A stretch of 64,000 nt of DNA, taken from the NCBI RefSeq assembly GCF_009914755.1, contig NC_060940.1; one strand, 5' to 3'. Below, piece after piece: positions 21,098 through 55,127 of this stretch (the stretch's first letter is position 1; each line of letters starts with the position of its first letter). The stretch is from the human T2T-CHM13v2.0 reference genome, Homo sapiens. The position numbers and the translations under genes were made by a program. The notes below the pieces were generated by a model that searched no databases, had not been told where the DNA came from, and saw nothing but the letters and a program-made list of their open reading frames with translations.

Positions 21098-21540
21098 TGT
21101 GAATGTCCTCCAGTAAAGACCACATGAAACACTTTGTAGTTAAGCAAGTTTGGTTTATTACTTGTTGCAAGGAGGGAAGACTCACACCATGAGGAGCCTA
21201 TCAGTAAGAGGATGTTAGACCTTTAGGATCTGGGCTTTGGCTGGGTGATTTGGGGGAGGGTCCAGGGATTTGCTCTGGATTGAGTGCTGATAGGACGTAA
21301 AAAAATTCTATCACCCAGTAGCTGTATCTTTTCTAGAAGGAGGTTTGCCTGGAGTAGGGCTAAAGCTGTAATGTGTAAAGAAGCAACGTCACTGATCAGC
21401 TGGGAGAAAGGGATGTCTGGTATTCCGTGGTGGCACGGTGACCTTGTTTTTGTCTGTGCTTACACAGAATGATGATGTGGTCTTGTTTAGTCTCTCGTCA
21501 TCACTGTTGCAGGCCCTTGTGTGGGTGTTCTGTGTGACTT
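21098..21540 (-). mobile_element. Old ERV LTR (subfamily not assigned)
   Basis: Minus strand has AATAAA followed by GGTCTTTACTGGAGGACATTCACA terminus. Confidence 0.55.
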
Positions 21541-21577
21541 TGTGTGTTTGTGTGTGTGTGTTGGTGGGGAGGGTTTA

Positions 21578-21910
<333 letters not shown>

Positions 21911-22679
21911 GAATAAAAGGGTGGCTACTCCATAGGCAGAGCAGCTCTGCAAGATTATATCCAACAGGAAAACAACACGGCCTCACTGTGGGTGCCAAAG
22001 CGAGGGCTTGCCAGGCAGAAGACAACAGCATGAGCAGAGGCATGGGGCCTGAAGCGGAACTGTGTGTTAGGCGAACCTGACACAGGGTGGGGAGTGGGTA
22101 CCAGGAGAGAGTTCTGGACAGGTTGTCACACAGTGAACCGTGGAAGGTCACAAGGAGTACAGGTTTTATCCTGAGGGATTTTAAGTGGGGAACTGACATG
22201 ATCTGGATTTGTATTCGAAAAATCCCCAGCAGCTGTGTGGAGAAGTGTTGGTGACAAAGGGGAAGCCTCCTTTTCTTTCCCACACCCACAGCCCCTGCAC
22301 CTGCTGTCTTTGCTCATCTGATCTGCAACACATCCATATTCCACCTGTGGCCAGGGTGATTTTTCAGAATCACAAATCTTATCTTGTCACTTACTAAAAC
22401 CTTTCAGTTCCCTATCACCTACCAGTTAAAAATCTGTACTTTGTTACATGACATACATACTGTGCCTTACATGATCTGGTCCCTCAAGCCTGGTATCTGG
22501 CTACCAACTTGAAATCTCCACTTGGATGTCTCGGAATTATCTCACATTTACTATTTGCAAAACTATGCTTACGATCACTTCCCCATGTTCTACTGCCCTG
22601 TCCAAGCCCCGACTTAGTGAATGGTTCTATAGTTCATTTAGTTCACAAGTTTAAAAGGTAGGTGTCATCTTGGAACTCC

Positions 22680-23253
<574 letters not shown>

Positions 23254-23648
23254 TGACTTGGTTTTAACAGCATCACTTCAGCGTCTGTTAGGAGCAGACT
23301 GCAGGGGTAAGGACGGAGGCAGGATCAGTTAGTTGGCTATGGGGGTGTCCCCTGTGAGACAGGCTGGTGCTTGGATCAGGATAGTGGTGATGGAGGTGCT
23401 GAGAATATGTCAGATTCTGGGTGCATTTTGAAGGTAGAGCTGATAGAATGTTCTGGCAGAGTGGATATGGGGCGAGACTGAGGCGGCCAAGATGACTACA
23501 AGGTTTTTGGCTTAGCTGACACGTGGCTCACTCCGAGAGTCCTTTCTGACACCCATAGACAAGACCTAGCTTCTGTTGAATGTTCTCATAACACCTGTGA
23601 GTCTCCTTGGTGGTCGTCGGCCCAGTTGTGATTTAGAAAGTGCCTAGT

Positions 23649-23965
<317 letters not shown>

Positions 23966-24825
23966 CTAGTGTTCATCTCTGCCACTGGAATAGACACAAT
24001 ACCGAGCACAGACCATGCCTACCTTTATGCCACATGCACAAATAAATATTTGTCAGCTGGTCACAGTGACAGGGACTGAGCACACATGTTCAAGATTGTA
24101 TTTCCTGATGAGGTCTTAAAATTCTGGTTTTCTGTTTCATTGGTTCTGAATGGTCTATGTGTTCTAGAGAGCAGACCAGGGCTTATAAGGCTGAAATTTC
24201 ATTGTGAAAATTATGGTGCTTAATCTGATTTCTCAACTGAAAGGAGAAATATTCCCCCTTGACATAGAAGCAGGTCACAGGGTCACCTCTGGGGAAAACC
24301 AGCTTTTCCCCGAGGGCTTAGCCCAGGGCCTTTCCGGCACCCAGATCGCATCTTCTTAGCTGTGCCCCAGAGAATGAGGTCGAGATTGTGATCTGAAATA
24401 TTTTCAAGGCAGGTGCTGCTTTTCATGCCCAAAGAAGGCATGCCACTTCAGAGCTAGAACATTCTGTTGCACATAAATTAGCTGTAAAACTTGCCCATCA
24501 ATAAAGTCAGATAAATCATGGGGTTGTGCTTGTGTTTTTCTTTTTAAGGATCAAATTAAAGTTTGGGAAACATTCGCTAAAGATAATGTTATTAGATCTG
24601 GAATGTCAATCTCACGTCATTTTTTCCCTTAAATGCTTAATTTTTTTAATGACAAAAATAACTTTTCCCTCCACTTAATAATTTAAACATATTTCCTATA
24701 GATCTGCCTTATTCTTTTTAGTGGCTACAGGGTGTTCTGCAGCATAGTAGTATTAATACTTTATTTGGCCATTCTTCTATTGTTCATCATTTATGTGGCT
24801 CTGGTTTTGCTGTTGAGAGTGCAAG

Positions 24826-26438
<1,613 letters not shown>

Positions 26439-26473
26439 AGGCTGACCATTTTCAGTATGCTCACTGTCATCGA

Positions 26474-27450
<977 letters not shown>

Positions 27451-27629
27451 CTCTCTTGTTATCTTTTTCTAGTTTCCTAACCCTACTTTGCAGCCATTTT
27501 CTGATTTTGTCTACTATAGATTAGATTTGCCTATTCTTGAATGTCATATAAATGGAATCACACAAATGTATTCCTCTGTGTGTCTTTTATTCAACATGTT
27601 CTTCGAGATTCATCTGTATTGTGTGTGTT

Positions 27630-29600
<1,971 letters not shown>

Positions 29601-30030
29601 TGGAAAGTCATTTGCTCCTTTTTGAGTTGTGTGAATATAGGATTTGTTCATCCATTCACCTTTTGATGAACATTTGGGTTGTGTCCAGTTTTGGACCAGT
29701 GTAAATTGGCTGCAATGAACATTCTTAATTTATTTCTCTTAGATAAATGTTTAGGAGTGGAAGTGCTTAGTCATAGGGTGGGGACATATGTAACTACCAC
29801 ACTAATATCCAAAGTGATTTATCAGTTGACACTTCCCACCAGCTACATAGCAGAACTTGCAGTTTCTCCATATCCTTGTTAACGTTCTGTATTGTCCGTG
29901 GGTGTGAAATAGCATCTCATGGTTTTAAGTCATATTTCCCTGGCGACTAATAAGCGCTTTTTCATGTACTTATTGGCCATTCCCATGTCATCTTTTGTGA
30001 ACTGTCTGTTTTGCACATTTTTGTTGGTGA

Positions 30031-30780
<750 letters not shown>

Positions 30781-30789
30781 GAAAAACAG

Positions 30790-31945
30790 CATAAAAACAG
30801 TAGCATCAAAAATCATTAGAATAACTCTAATGAAAGACATGAAAACACCTTTACCAGAAAAGTATTGTGAGAGAATACTTTTACTCTCTCACTAAAATAT
30901 TGGTGAGAGAAATTAATAAATACTTAAATAAGGAAGAGGTTACTTTGTTCATATATTAGAAGACCTGATATTAAGATGTCTGTTCTCCCCAAATTGATCT
31001 ATGGAGTCAATGCAATCCCAGTTAAAATCCTATTTGTTTTTTTTTTTGAAGAAACTAACAAGTTGATTCTAAAATTTATATGGAAATGCAAAATATCTAG
31101 AATAGCAAAAAAAAAAAAAAGAGCAAAGTTGGAGAACTTAAACTGCTAATTTTTTATACCACTTAATTTTAAGACTTACTATAAAGCTACACTAATCAAA
31201 ACATTGGTCTTGACATCACAATAGACAAATATATCAGTGAAACTGAGTCCAGAAATAGACCTGCATACGTACTGTCAGTTGATTTTTGCCCAGAGCGAGT
31301 AAGTCAATTTTCTGGTGGAAGGAAGGAAAGTCATTTAATTTCTTTTTTTTTTTTTTTAAGAGAGGGTCTTCCTCTGTCGCCCAAGATGGAATGCAGTGGT
31401 ATGATCATGGCTCACTGCAGCCCCAGCCTCCTGGGCTCAAGTGATCCTCCCACCTCAGCCTCCCAAGTAGCTGGGAATGCAGGTGTGTACTTCCATGTCC
31501 AGCTAATGTTTTGTTGTTTTTTGTTTGTAGAGACAGGGTCTCACTGTGTTGCCCAGGTTGGTCTCGAACTCCTGGGCTCAAGCAGTACTCACACCTCAGC
31601 CTCCCAAAGTATTGGGATTGTAGGTGTGAGCCACTGTGCCCAGCCAGGAAATTATTTTTAATGAATAATTCTAGATCAACTGGATATTCACATGAGGAAA
31701 GAAATTAACCTTCACCCCATCTCATGCCATACACACAAATTAGTTGGTAATTGTTCATAAACCTAAACATAAAAGCTAGAATCGTAAATCTTACACATGA
31801 AAACATGGGAGAATATCTTTGCAACCATGGGGTGGGCAGATATTTTGTGAGTAGAACACAAAATGCACTTACTACAAAGGAAAAATAAATACATTAAGAA
31901 AATGTACAGGCAAACCATATAATATTTGCAATACGTGGTAAGGGT
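30790..31945 (+). mobile_element. Old L1M ORF2/3' fragment with antisense AluJ (31340-31645)
   Basis: GTTCTCCCCAAATTGATCTAT..AATGCAATCCCAGTTAAAATCC; AAGACTTACTATAAAGCTACA. Confidence 0.8.
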
Positions 31946-32311
31946 TTTATTCTTTTCCCAAAGTACTTTGGTATTACTCAGGTCTGTGGCATCTTGCATG
32001 ATATTCTGTATTTACTGGCTTTTTGTTGAGTTAGATACAGAACATTGATCCAAGAGAATTTTCTGATTGGGTTTCCCCATTTCTTTTACCTTCGTGTGAA
32101 TGTTGCTCCCTTTGCCATTTATGCTTTGCCCAATATTCAGTGACTGCTTACAACAGAGACAGATTTTAGATCATATTATTCTTTGTAAAGTAAAGAGACA
32201 TTAGATGAAAGCAAAAGGCAACACGGGCAGTCTCCTCTGGAAGGGAATTGCAGCCTATATGAGTCTTCCTGGTTATTGAGGATTGAGGCTCAGCTTTTTA
32301 GGTGACTCAGC

Positions 32312-33112
<801 letters not shown>

Positions 33113-33227
33113 TTAAAGTTGGAGGTAGTGCCATATCTTACAGACCACAAGCAGCATGCAGTTGAAATTCTAAATCTGAGATTTTAATGCTGAACATAGT
33201 TGAATTTTGCAATCTCAAATACATGTA

Positions 33228-34479
<1,252 letters not shown>

Positions 34480-34612
34480 TATGCGCACAAACAGATACAC
34501 ACACGTACACATACGCATATCATTTAAACAACTCAAGTGTTATGAGGGATAAAACAAATGTTCAGGGGTAGGAACATCTAAATCCAGGTGGGTATGTTTC
34601 AAAACCCACATT

Positions 34613-34869
34613 ATGGCTCACGTCTCTAATCCCAGCACTTTGGGAAGCGGCAGTGGATGGATTCAACACCAGCCTGGGCAACAAGATGAAACCCCATCTC
34701 TACAAAAAATACAAAAATTAGCTGGGTGTGGTGGTGTGTGCCTGTAGTCCCAGCTACTTGGGAGGCTGAGGTGGGAGAGACACCTGAGCCCAGGGAGGTT
34801 GAGGGTGCAGTGAGCTGTGATCACACCACTGCACTCTAGCCTGGGCAACACAGTGAGATCCTGTCTCAA

Positions 34870-34901
<32 letters not shown>

Positions 34902-34905
34902 AAAA
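34613..34905 (+). mobile_element. Alu (J-like)
   Basis: Alu consensus. Confidence 0.85.
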
Positions 34906-36254
34906 GGAAGGAAAACATACATTAAACCTTCAGTTACCTAGTTAATAGAATTAAGTTCCGCAGCTGAGGAAACTGCCTCAACCTAGATCTATAAAGCTGA
35001 GTCTGCCTTGTAGGGTCCTACGAGGTTTGTGTGTGTTCATATTTGTCAAGCATTTGGAATAATGCCTGGCACATAGTAAGCACATGGTGTCACTTAAAGA
35101 AGTAAATGAGGCTCCAGCTTGATCCTTATAAGCTGGGTGAATGGGGAGGCCCCGTCTCATTCCCTGAAGCCTCAGATGAGGAAATGGCTATTGGAGGGGA
35201 TTTCACACCTTTCAGAAGGACCCATTGTTCCAATTGAGCTCTTGGAGATAGGACTCAGTCAGTAAATGCTTCTTGAATGAGTAGGTGGTTGGACCAGATC
35301 AGTGTTTCCCGTGGGAGGAATGTGAGATGGTTTTGGGTGGTACACAGATGTTTTACATGTTAATAGATATTTATTACAGCATTGTGCTAGCAGAAAATAT
35401 TGGGCAGCACATTTGACCTGAGTGTTTTTTAAAAAGTGAGTGATTTAAAAACACAGTAACTTGAACAGGCAGCATGTGAATGTCATGGAAACTGAAAGCA
35501 TTTGTGGATTGAAAGAAGAGTGGGAAAATCTCTGAGGTCTTTCCACATCTGAGACGTTTGGTTCTTTGAATCCGGGCTTTAAATATGAAATCAGGATATA
35601 AAAATAGAAGTGATATTCTCTGGGTTTTGTGAGCAGAGATGTGTAATGGAAATTGACAGGCAGAACTGGATGTGCAGCCTCGTGGAAGGTGCAGAGATAA
35701 CAGTGTATTAACACTTTGGTGTCTGCTGTGGGCAGCCTTGCGTGTGTATACATCATTTAACAAAATTGGGAACATCCTATACATACAAACAATAATCGGG
35801 TTGGTTCACCTGATACTGTAACTCTGTGTTCAGTTTTAGATGGGATCGTTTGGTCATTGTGTATGTGTGTGTTTCAGGCTTTTTGTACCTGTCGTCGCAG
35901 TGCCTTGCAGTATGACTGTGCCAGTTTAAGCTTCGGGCAGCTCAAGCACCCTCTTCCTCGTCTTGGCCAATGCCAAGTTAGATTAAACAATACTTTTGTT
36001 GCCAATTTGATAGGAGAAATATAACTCTCTGTTTTTACTTTCATTTCGGGTTTTTTACATTATTGATAAGGCTGAGCTTTTGGTGTGTTCATTGATCTGT
36101 TGTGTTTCTTTTGTGAACTGCCCCCAAGTTTGCCTTTTGTCTTAATTTTTTCCTCTGGGATTTTAGGGTTTTTTATTTATTTGTTTTTAAGAGTCCTTCA
36201 TAATGTAAAGATGTTAGTATTTTGTGACATGTTAGTTATTTCTCCTAGTTTATT

Positions 36255-37185
<931 letters not shown>

Positions 37186-37254
37186 ATTTAACTTCTTTGA
37201 AATCAGATGTGATTGATTCTCTGTGTCCTGCAGTCACTGTCAGTTGTCATTACC

Positions 37255-38080
<826 letters not shown>

Positions 38081-39429
38081 CATATGGTTAGTGTAGAAAA
38101 TTTAGGAAGGATAAACCCAGAAATCAGAGAGATAATCATTTTCAGTATTTAGGTATCAATCCACTAGTAATTCTCTGTGTAATATAGATACATATGTATG
38201 TATTTACGGGCACATGTGGTACATATATTTTTGGCCTTACCTCTTTCTCTTAACATTATATCTGGAATGTTTTGCCATGTCTGATTTTCTAGTTTACTTT
38301 TTAAATGATGGGTTAGTATTTCAGTGAATGGATACACTGTAATTTGTCCAGTTACTCTCCAGCTGATGTCCTGTAAATCCTGAAACTTGCTGCTTGTCTC
38401 CCTTCAGAACTCCCATCAGCAGCGCCCGACAGCACTCTCCTCCTCACTGCCCAACACTGGGTGGCAAATCTTTTCATCTTGGCCACTCTGATAGGCTGGA
38501 CAGTGAGATCCTTCTTCCTAGGGCGCATGGAAACCTGTTGCAGTCACCTGGGTTTGCGGAGTGGGAGGAGGAAAGTGTTAGGGGCACTAGGAGGTGGGAG
38601 CCGGTGGGAGTTGCTGGCTGGGTGTGTTTGCATTATGGACCCGTGCATCTCACCACTCTCTACCACTGTGCACCACTGTGACCACGGACAGGGTGCTCCT
38701 GAGGTCAGTCCCAGATGCCCTCCAGACCCTGCGTCCTGAGCCTGCCTCTCCCTCTGGCCTCCTCCCCAGTTTCTTACTGTCCTCCGGCCTCCCTGCCTCC
38801 TCTCTGTACTGGAGGCTCAGGTGTGTTCCCCGAGTCTTTCTGCCTGCCCTTCCTTCTGTCTGGAATGCCTTTTGGACACCTGACTCTCCCATTCTCCAGG
38901 GCTCGCCACGGCCATCCCCTTCTGAGAGAGGCCTCCCCCTATCATCTTCATCCTCTCTACGAGTCACTGCCTTCATTCCTCATCATCTTGTAATTATCTG
39001 CCTCTCCTTTCTCTCCTTGTTTACCACTGTACCCCCAGTGCCTAGCACTTGGCAGACACCCACATGTTCCTTGACTACACTAGTCGTATTGAATAGTGTA
39101 AGGAATCCGGAGGTGAGAGAATAGAAGAACCTGCTCTTTATTATGCAAGAGAGTAGTTTTGTAAGTCTACCAAGTTAGGGCTTCCAGAGGGAAGCATTTT
39201 GATCAGCTTTTCAACAGAGTTGCTTAGCAGTGGGGTGAGTGCCTTCCTCAGGGGAGTGGTCACGTAGTGATATTGTTGCAATGGTTCTTGCACTGGATGC
39301 TGGGGTTGGCAAGATTAGGCTTCTTCCAACCCTTAGAACTGTGGGGCGTGTTCTCATCTGTGGGTTTCAACTGCAGATAAAACTGTTAACACTAGATGGC
39401 ACTAGAGGATTCATTTGAAATCTGTTTAA

Positions 39430-40328
<899 letters not shown>

Positions 40329-41362
40329 CACATTAAAAAAAAAAAAAAAAAAAAAGCAGGTTTGCAAACTAATTGATCTTATGATATTAATTAGTCACCA
40401 CTTACTGTTTGAAAAGCACTATTTTAGATAACTGAGTAAGTGTATGGTTATAAAACTGAGTATGTTTTCCTTGGACAGTCTGGGCTTGTATAGCAAATTG
40501 TGCACATTAGTGAATATTTCACGTTTCTGTGAATTGCTGCATGGAACACCTGAACATGTGTTTTGGGTGTCTATGGATGACAGATTGGGAGATGTGTTTG
40601 TACAGAATTCAGCACCTATTGTAGTCAAGGCAGAAGTAAGCCTTGGCAGTAGATATAAAGAAAAGGTATATTATCTGCTTCTAGGAGCTCAGAGACATCA
40701 CACACACATTCCCTACATTTTACCTTAGCAGGGAACAAGGAAATGGGGGTGTTACTCAGGGTATCATTAGGATGCTTTAGGCTGTTAACAGAAGCCTGAC
40801 TCAAATTGGCTTAAAGGATAAAAACACTTATTATCTCACAAAATATACGTTCAGAGCTAGAGCAGTCCACAGGCCCAGAGCAGCTGAGCATGGCCTTCGG
40901 GATCCAGGTTCTTTTCATGACTCCTCAGTCGTCCTAAAGCTGGTTCTACTCATGATTGCAACAAGGCTTCCTGTGCTAATCAGGGTTTCAGCTCCCAGCC
41001 TTGAAACACAAAGCCTTAACTCCTTGTACTGTAGACCAGAATAGAGACAATTAAGGCTCCCATGGCATTTCCCAAGTTGTACACATATTGTTCATTCGTT
41101 CCTGGTTTCCCCACTCTGACCTCTGTAAGGGGAGTAAGAGGACGGCACCTAATACAGAGTCAGGAGAAACACCTGGGTTAATTCATGCTGTTTGTCAAGT
41201 GTTTCTGAGTCTCCCTTCCCCTGGGCACAGGTCTTTTCATTTAGTGGAATTAACGGACTAGCTCTGGCCATGAGTTTGCAGAGTGAATAAATGGCTGCAC
41301 ATCTTTTGTATGAAGCATGAAGTGAGGTTATTTGCTATGTAGGGTCCTGAGAAGTGAACTAG

Positions 41363-41707
<345 letters not shown>

Positions 41708-41813
41708 TGACCATCTCCCTCCCCGAAAGCTCCTTATCAGCCAAGAGACCTGAAGTTTCAGGGGTTCATTCATGTTTTTTTTCTTCACTTTGTTACCCAG
41801 GCAGGAGTGAAGT

Positions 41814-43990
<2,177 letters not shown>

Positions 43991-44855
43991 GAAAGGAAAA
44001 CTTGTTAATCTTTTATATGAAAGATGGTATTTAATTGTAATTTTATTTTTTACTCTTCCTATTTATAGGTGGTTGAGCATCATTTTCGTGTGTTCGAAGC
44101 CCACTTACATCTTTTTACTCTGAACTGTCCATATCAGGAATTACTTTTTTCAGTTAAAAATACAAATAAAGCATTATTTTCCACACGTGTACTCCTATAC
44201 TGATTGGATCAGTATGGAGAAGCTGCTTCATAATACTGGTATTTGGAGGAGAATCTCTTAGAATTTACGTTAGACTCTTCCTTTGTTTTGGTAGAGGGAG
44301 AAAGGGCTCTGTTTTGCCTATGGCTCATCTAGGTGTGTGGACTAATCATGTGGATTATTATTGTTATTTTTGAGATGGAGTTTCGCTCTTGTCCAGGCTG
44401 GAGTGCAGTGGCGTGATTTCAGCTTACTGCAACCACCGCCTCCAGGGTTCAAGCGATTATCCTGTCTCAGCCTCTAATCATGTGAATTTAATTGGGTTCT
44501 TCTATGAGGAGACTTTCCAGAGGCTTTTGTATATTTCAGGCTGAGCATATCTGAGTTTTCACACCTCGTCTGTGCTTCTGAACCTTCCCTAAGGATGGAG
44601 ATTGAAGATTGCTGCCCAGCTGCACAGCTTGAGTGTTGCAATTTTAGAGGACAGGGTTTTCTACAGTTTTGTTGATATCTCTTACTGTGGAAGGAAGGGG
44701 AAGTGGTAATTCTCAGATGAGGGAGGTCTCAGAGGTGCTGACAGCAGTAAGCTTACCAGGCTCAGAAGATTTGGCTCTTAACATTCTGCAACAGAGTGGT
44801 ATGAAGTGAGGCTGGGGAAGTAGACAGAGCAGGTGGGGCCCTGTAGACTATATAA

Positions 44856-45147
<292 letters not shown>

Positions 45148-45354
45148 GACACTCTGGTCTTTTCCCAACAGCAACAGAAAGCAGTTGAGCTAGGGAGTGA
45201 CAGGAGCAAACAGACCTTTTACAAACCTCTGGCTTCTGTGTGAGATATGGATTTGGGTAAAGTCAGAGTGATTGGGGGAGCTCACTTCACAGATACCAAA
45301 AGGAGAGGTGGAAGAAAAGTAGATTCCAGAAATACTTAGCGGATAAAATCAACA

Positions 45355-48145
<2,791 letters not shown>

Positions 48146-48440
48146 CTTTCTTTATTTTTTGAGATGAGGTCTCACTCTGTCACCCAGGCTGGAGCCCAGC
48201 AGCGTGAATATGGCTCAATGCAGCCTTGACCTCCTAGCCTCAAGTGGTCCTCCCACCTCAGCCTCCCATGGAACTGGGACCACAGGCTCTCATCACCATA
48301 CCTGGCTAATTTATATATTTTTTTTGTAGAGATAGGGCCTTACCATCTTACCCAGGCTGGTCTCGAACCTCTGGCTCAAGCAATCCTCCCATCTTGGCCT
48401 CCCAAAGTGCTGGGATTACAGGCGTGAACCACTATGCCAC
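48146..48440 (-). mobile_element. Alu (J-like)
   Basis: Antisense Alu. Confidence 0.88.
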
Positions 48441-48530
48441 AGTTGAGTTTAGAATGTTTATTTAAAATCTTGTGACACTGAACTCAATGACTAGTTCTCG
48501 GAAAACTTACTTTTTAATAGTGTATTGTGG

Positions 48531-50270
<1,740 letters not shown>

Positions 50271-50499
50271 TTCTAGTTTTGGCTAATACGTTCTATTTAA
50301 AGGGTCTCCCAGCCACAGTTTGCCAGCGGGCAGGCGGCGCCGCAGGAAGTGACCGGGCAAGAACGGGGGTCGCCGCCCAGCTCGGCCTTCTGGTCTCTGC
50401 GCCCTCGGCCTGGGGCTCCAGGCCACAAGGGGAGGCCGTGCTGGGCGGGCCCGAAGGGGGTGGGCGGGGGCCCGGAAGTGACGTGGGGGCGGGGCCAAC

Positions 50500-52540
<2,041 letters not shown>

Positions 52541-53169
52541 GAATGCCTCATGTTAGGCTGGGTGTAGTGGCTTATGCCTGCAATCCCAGCACTTTGGGAG
52601 GCTGAGGCAGGAGGATAGTTTGAGCCCAGGAGTTCAAGGTCAACCTGGGCAAGAGAGGGAGACCCTGTCTCTACAGTTAATTTTTAAAAATTAAGGCAGG
52701 GCATGATGGCTCGTGCACGTAATCCCAGCACTTTGGGAGGCTGAGTCAGGATGATTGCATGAGCCCAGGAATTCAAGACCAGCCTGGGCAATGTAGAGAG
52801 ACCTCCATCTCTACAAAGAATTTTTAAAAATTAAGGCAAGGTATGGTGGCTGATGCCTGTAATCCCAGCACTTCGGGAGGATGAGGTAGGAGGATAGATT
52901 CAGCCCAGGAGTTGGAGGCTGCAGTGAGCCATAATCACACCACTGCACTCCAGCATGGGCAACAGCGTAAGACCCTATCTGAAAATACATAAATAAAAGA
53001 AAAAGTTAGCTAGGCGTGGTGGTGCATTCTTGTGGTCCCAACTACTCAGGAGGCTGAGGTGGGACAATCACCTGAGTATGGGAAGTCAAGGGTGCAGTGA
53101 GCCAAGATGGTGCCATTGCACTCCAGCTTCGGTGACAGAGAGCCAGACCTTGTCACCAAAAAAACGAAA

Positions 53170-54170
53170 AGTCTCCTGTGAAAAATGACAATTTCCAGTG
53201 GAACAGTTATGAGGAAGAGATGGGATCTGCCTGGGCTTTTTCAGTCTTTTGGACAATCCAAGATTCCTCTAGCTAATGACTTCACAGTTGGTAACAGCTT
53301 GTTAGCTTTATGGTGTTTCTTTAATGTTTGTTAAATGTTCCTGGGATATAGATACCAGATTACAATTCACACCAGCCGGGAGGGACAATGGAAATTTCTT
53401 TAGGAGGCTTGCAGATCCCTTGGACCTAGGGCACCCAACCTTTTGGGATATTTAGGAGAAAAAGGAGGGTTTTACTTCCGTCTTCCCTGGGGTTCCAGAT
53501 GAATGTGTCATCTTGGCTAGTCATTTAGAGTCATCTTATGAACTCTAAATGAAACTGAAGTCACACCTTTAACATTACTTTAAGGAAGAATCACAGAAGC
53601 CAACCTTAAATCACTTAAAATGAGAATGAAACTTGAAGCAATAGATAGGAAGAACCATTATCTGGTCTGTCCTGCAATTATTGGAAGTGTTAAAGGAGAT
53701 GAAGTTTACAATGGCTGGGAGTAATGACTCATGTCTCTATTCCTCATGCTTTGGGAGGCAGAGTGGGGAGGATCCCTTGAAGGAGTTTGAGGCTGCAGTG
53801 AGCTATGATTGTGCCGCTGCACTCCAGCCTGGGTGACAGAGCAAGACACTGTCCACATCAGAAGAGAGCCCAGCAGCTGCCCAGGCCCTGGTTGGTCCCC
53901 ATGGATGTGGAGCTGTGGCAGGTCATGCAGAACCATGTGGATTGTGCCATCCAAGCCGGACCGTTCTTGGATTCCTCCATAGTGGAAATATGGTCGCTGA
54001 CTTCTCCAATGGGGAAAACATTCTGTCTTCCCCCGATTCAGAGGTGAAACCTCCTTGCCATTCACACACTCTAGTTCAATGGTATCTACTCTGGCACTGC
54101 TAATCCTCCGGAAGACGCTGTTCAATCAAGTCTAAATCAGCCTTCCAGTAGTTTCCATCCATTGGGTCTC
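53170..54170 (+). pseudogene. SCML2P2: SCML2 processed pseudogene (MBT1, MBT2, SLED remnants)
   Basis: [15 protein letters not shown]; FGQSKIPLANDFTVG; LGFQMNVSSW; MKLEAIDRKNHYLVCPAIIGSVKGDEV; KRAQQLP..QNHVDCA match SCML2; intronless and frameshifted. Confidence 0.85.
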
Positions 54171-54659
54171 ACCATACTTTCTCAGCGTGGGGTGGCCATG
54201 GTTTGCTAAGCCTGTTTTTCTTTTCTTTAAATGCATGTAACAGCCTTTCTGAAGATCTTTTTTTTTTTTTTTACATTTGCTGTCTGGTACTCATTTGGAG
54301 GCCCGGAGTCCAGCAGAGTTCCTTTCCATGTTTTCTGCAGTCCTTCAGCGGGGTCTGCACACCTGATGGCCTGGAATTGGGCTGGCCCTCGGCAATCCTG
54401 CCCACCCTGTGGGCAAGTAAGTTTGCTCACAGACTTCAGTAGGCCCCGTGTACCTGAGCTTCAATGGGGTGGGGTTCTCCCCCAGCCATGTCAGCTGTGT
54501 CTGCTCCTCCCTGCTCTCTCTTCCCTCTCTTCTCCCTGCCCTGAGTGCCCTTGTAATATCCAGCCTCCGGGTTTCCAACTCATCTAGTAGGTCTCAGAAG
54601 CCATCACCAGTTTCAGGATCTCTTTCTGGTACCCTGGGTTTGTGTTCAGGGCCCCTCCT

Positions 54660-55010
54660 GTCATGTCTGTAATGCTCAACAATTTAATGAGCTTCTCTGT
54701 GCCTAGGTTTCTAATCTTTAAAATGGGTATAATAGTAGTATCAGTCTCATAGTTGTCTTGAGGATTAGGTGGGTTAATATTTGTAAAGCATGTATCAGGT
54801 AGGTTAAGGACAGGGTACCTGAAGTAATACTGCCGAGATTCAGAGCAGAGCCAGGAAACCTTGGGCAAGTCACTTCTCTGTGCCACATCTTATCCACATC
54901 TCTGTAACATGAGGATGATAATATAGAGTTATTGTAAACTTTTAGGCAACTATTTCTTGCAAAGCACCTGGAACAGTGGCAGGCTCTTATTGATAAGGGC
55001 TCAATAAACG
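54660..55010 (+). mobile_element. Two MIR fragments
   Basis: CTCTGTGCCTAGGTTTCTAATCTTTAAAATGGG; CCTTGGGCAAGTCACTT. Confidence 0.7.
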
Positions 55011-55127
55011 TGAGCCGTGGTGATGGTGACAACCTGGGGGGACCCTGCACTTCCCTGTGGGGTCGCCATTGTGCTGGAGTCTAATGGCTTATTTTCCTCG
55101 ATAGTTCTCAAGTGCTGTCAGAGCAGG

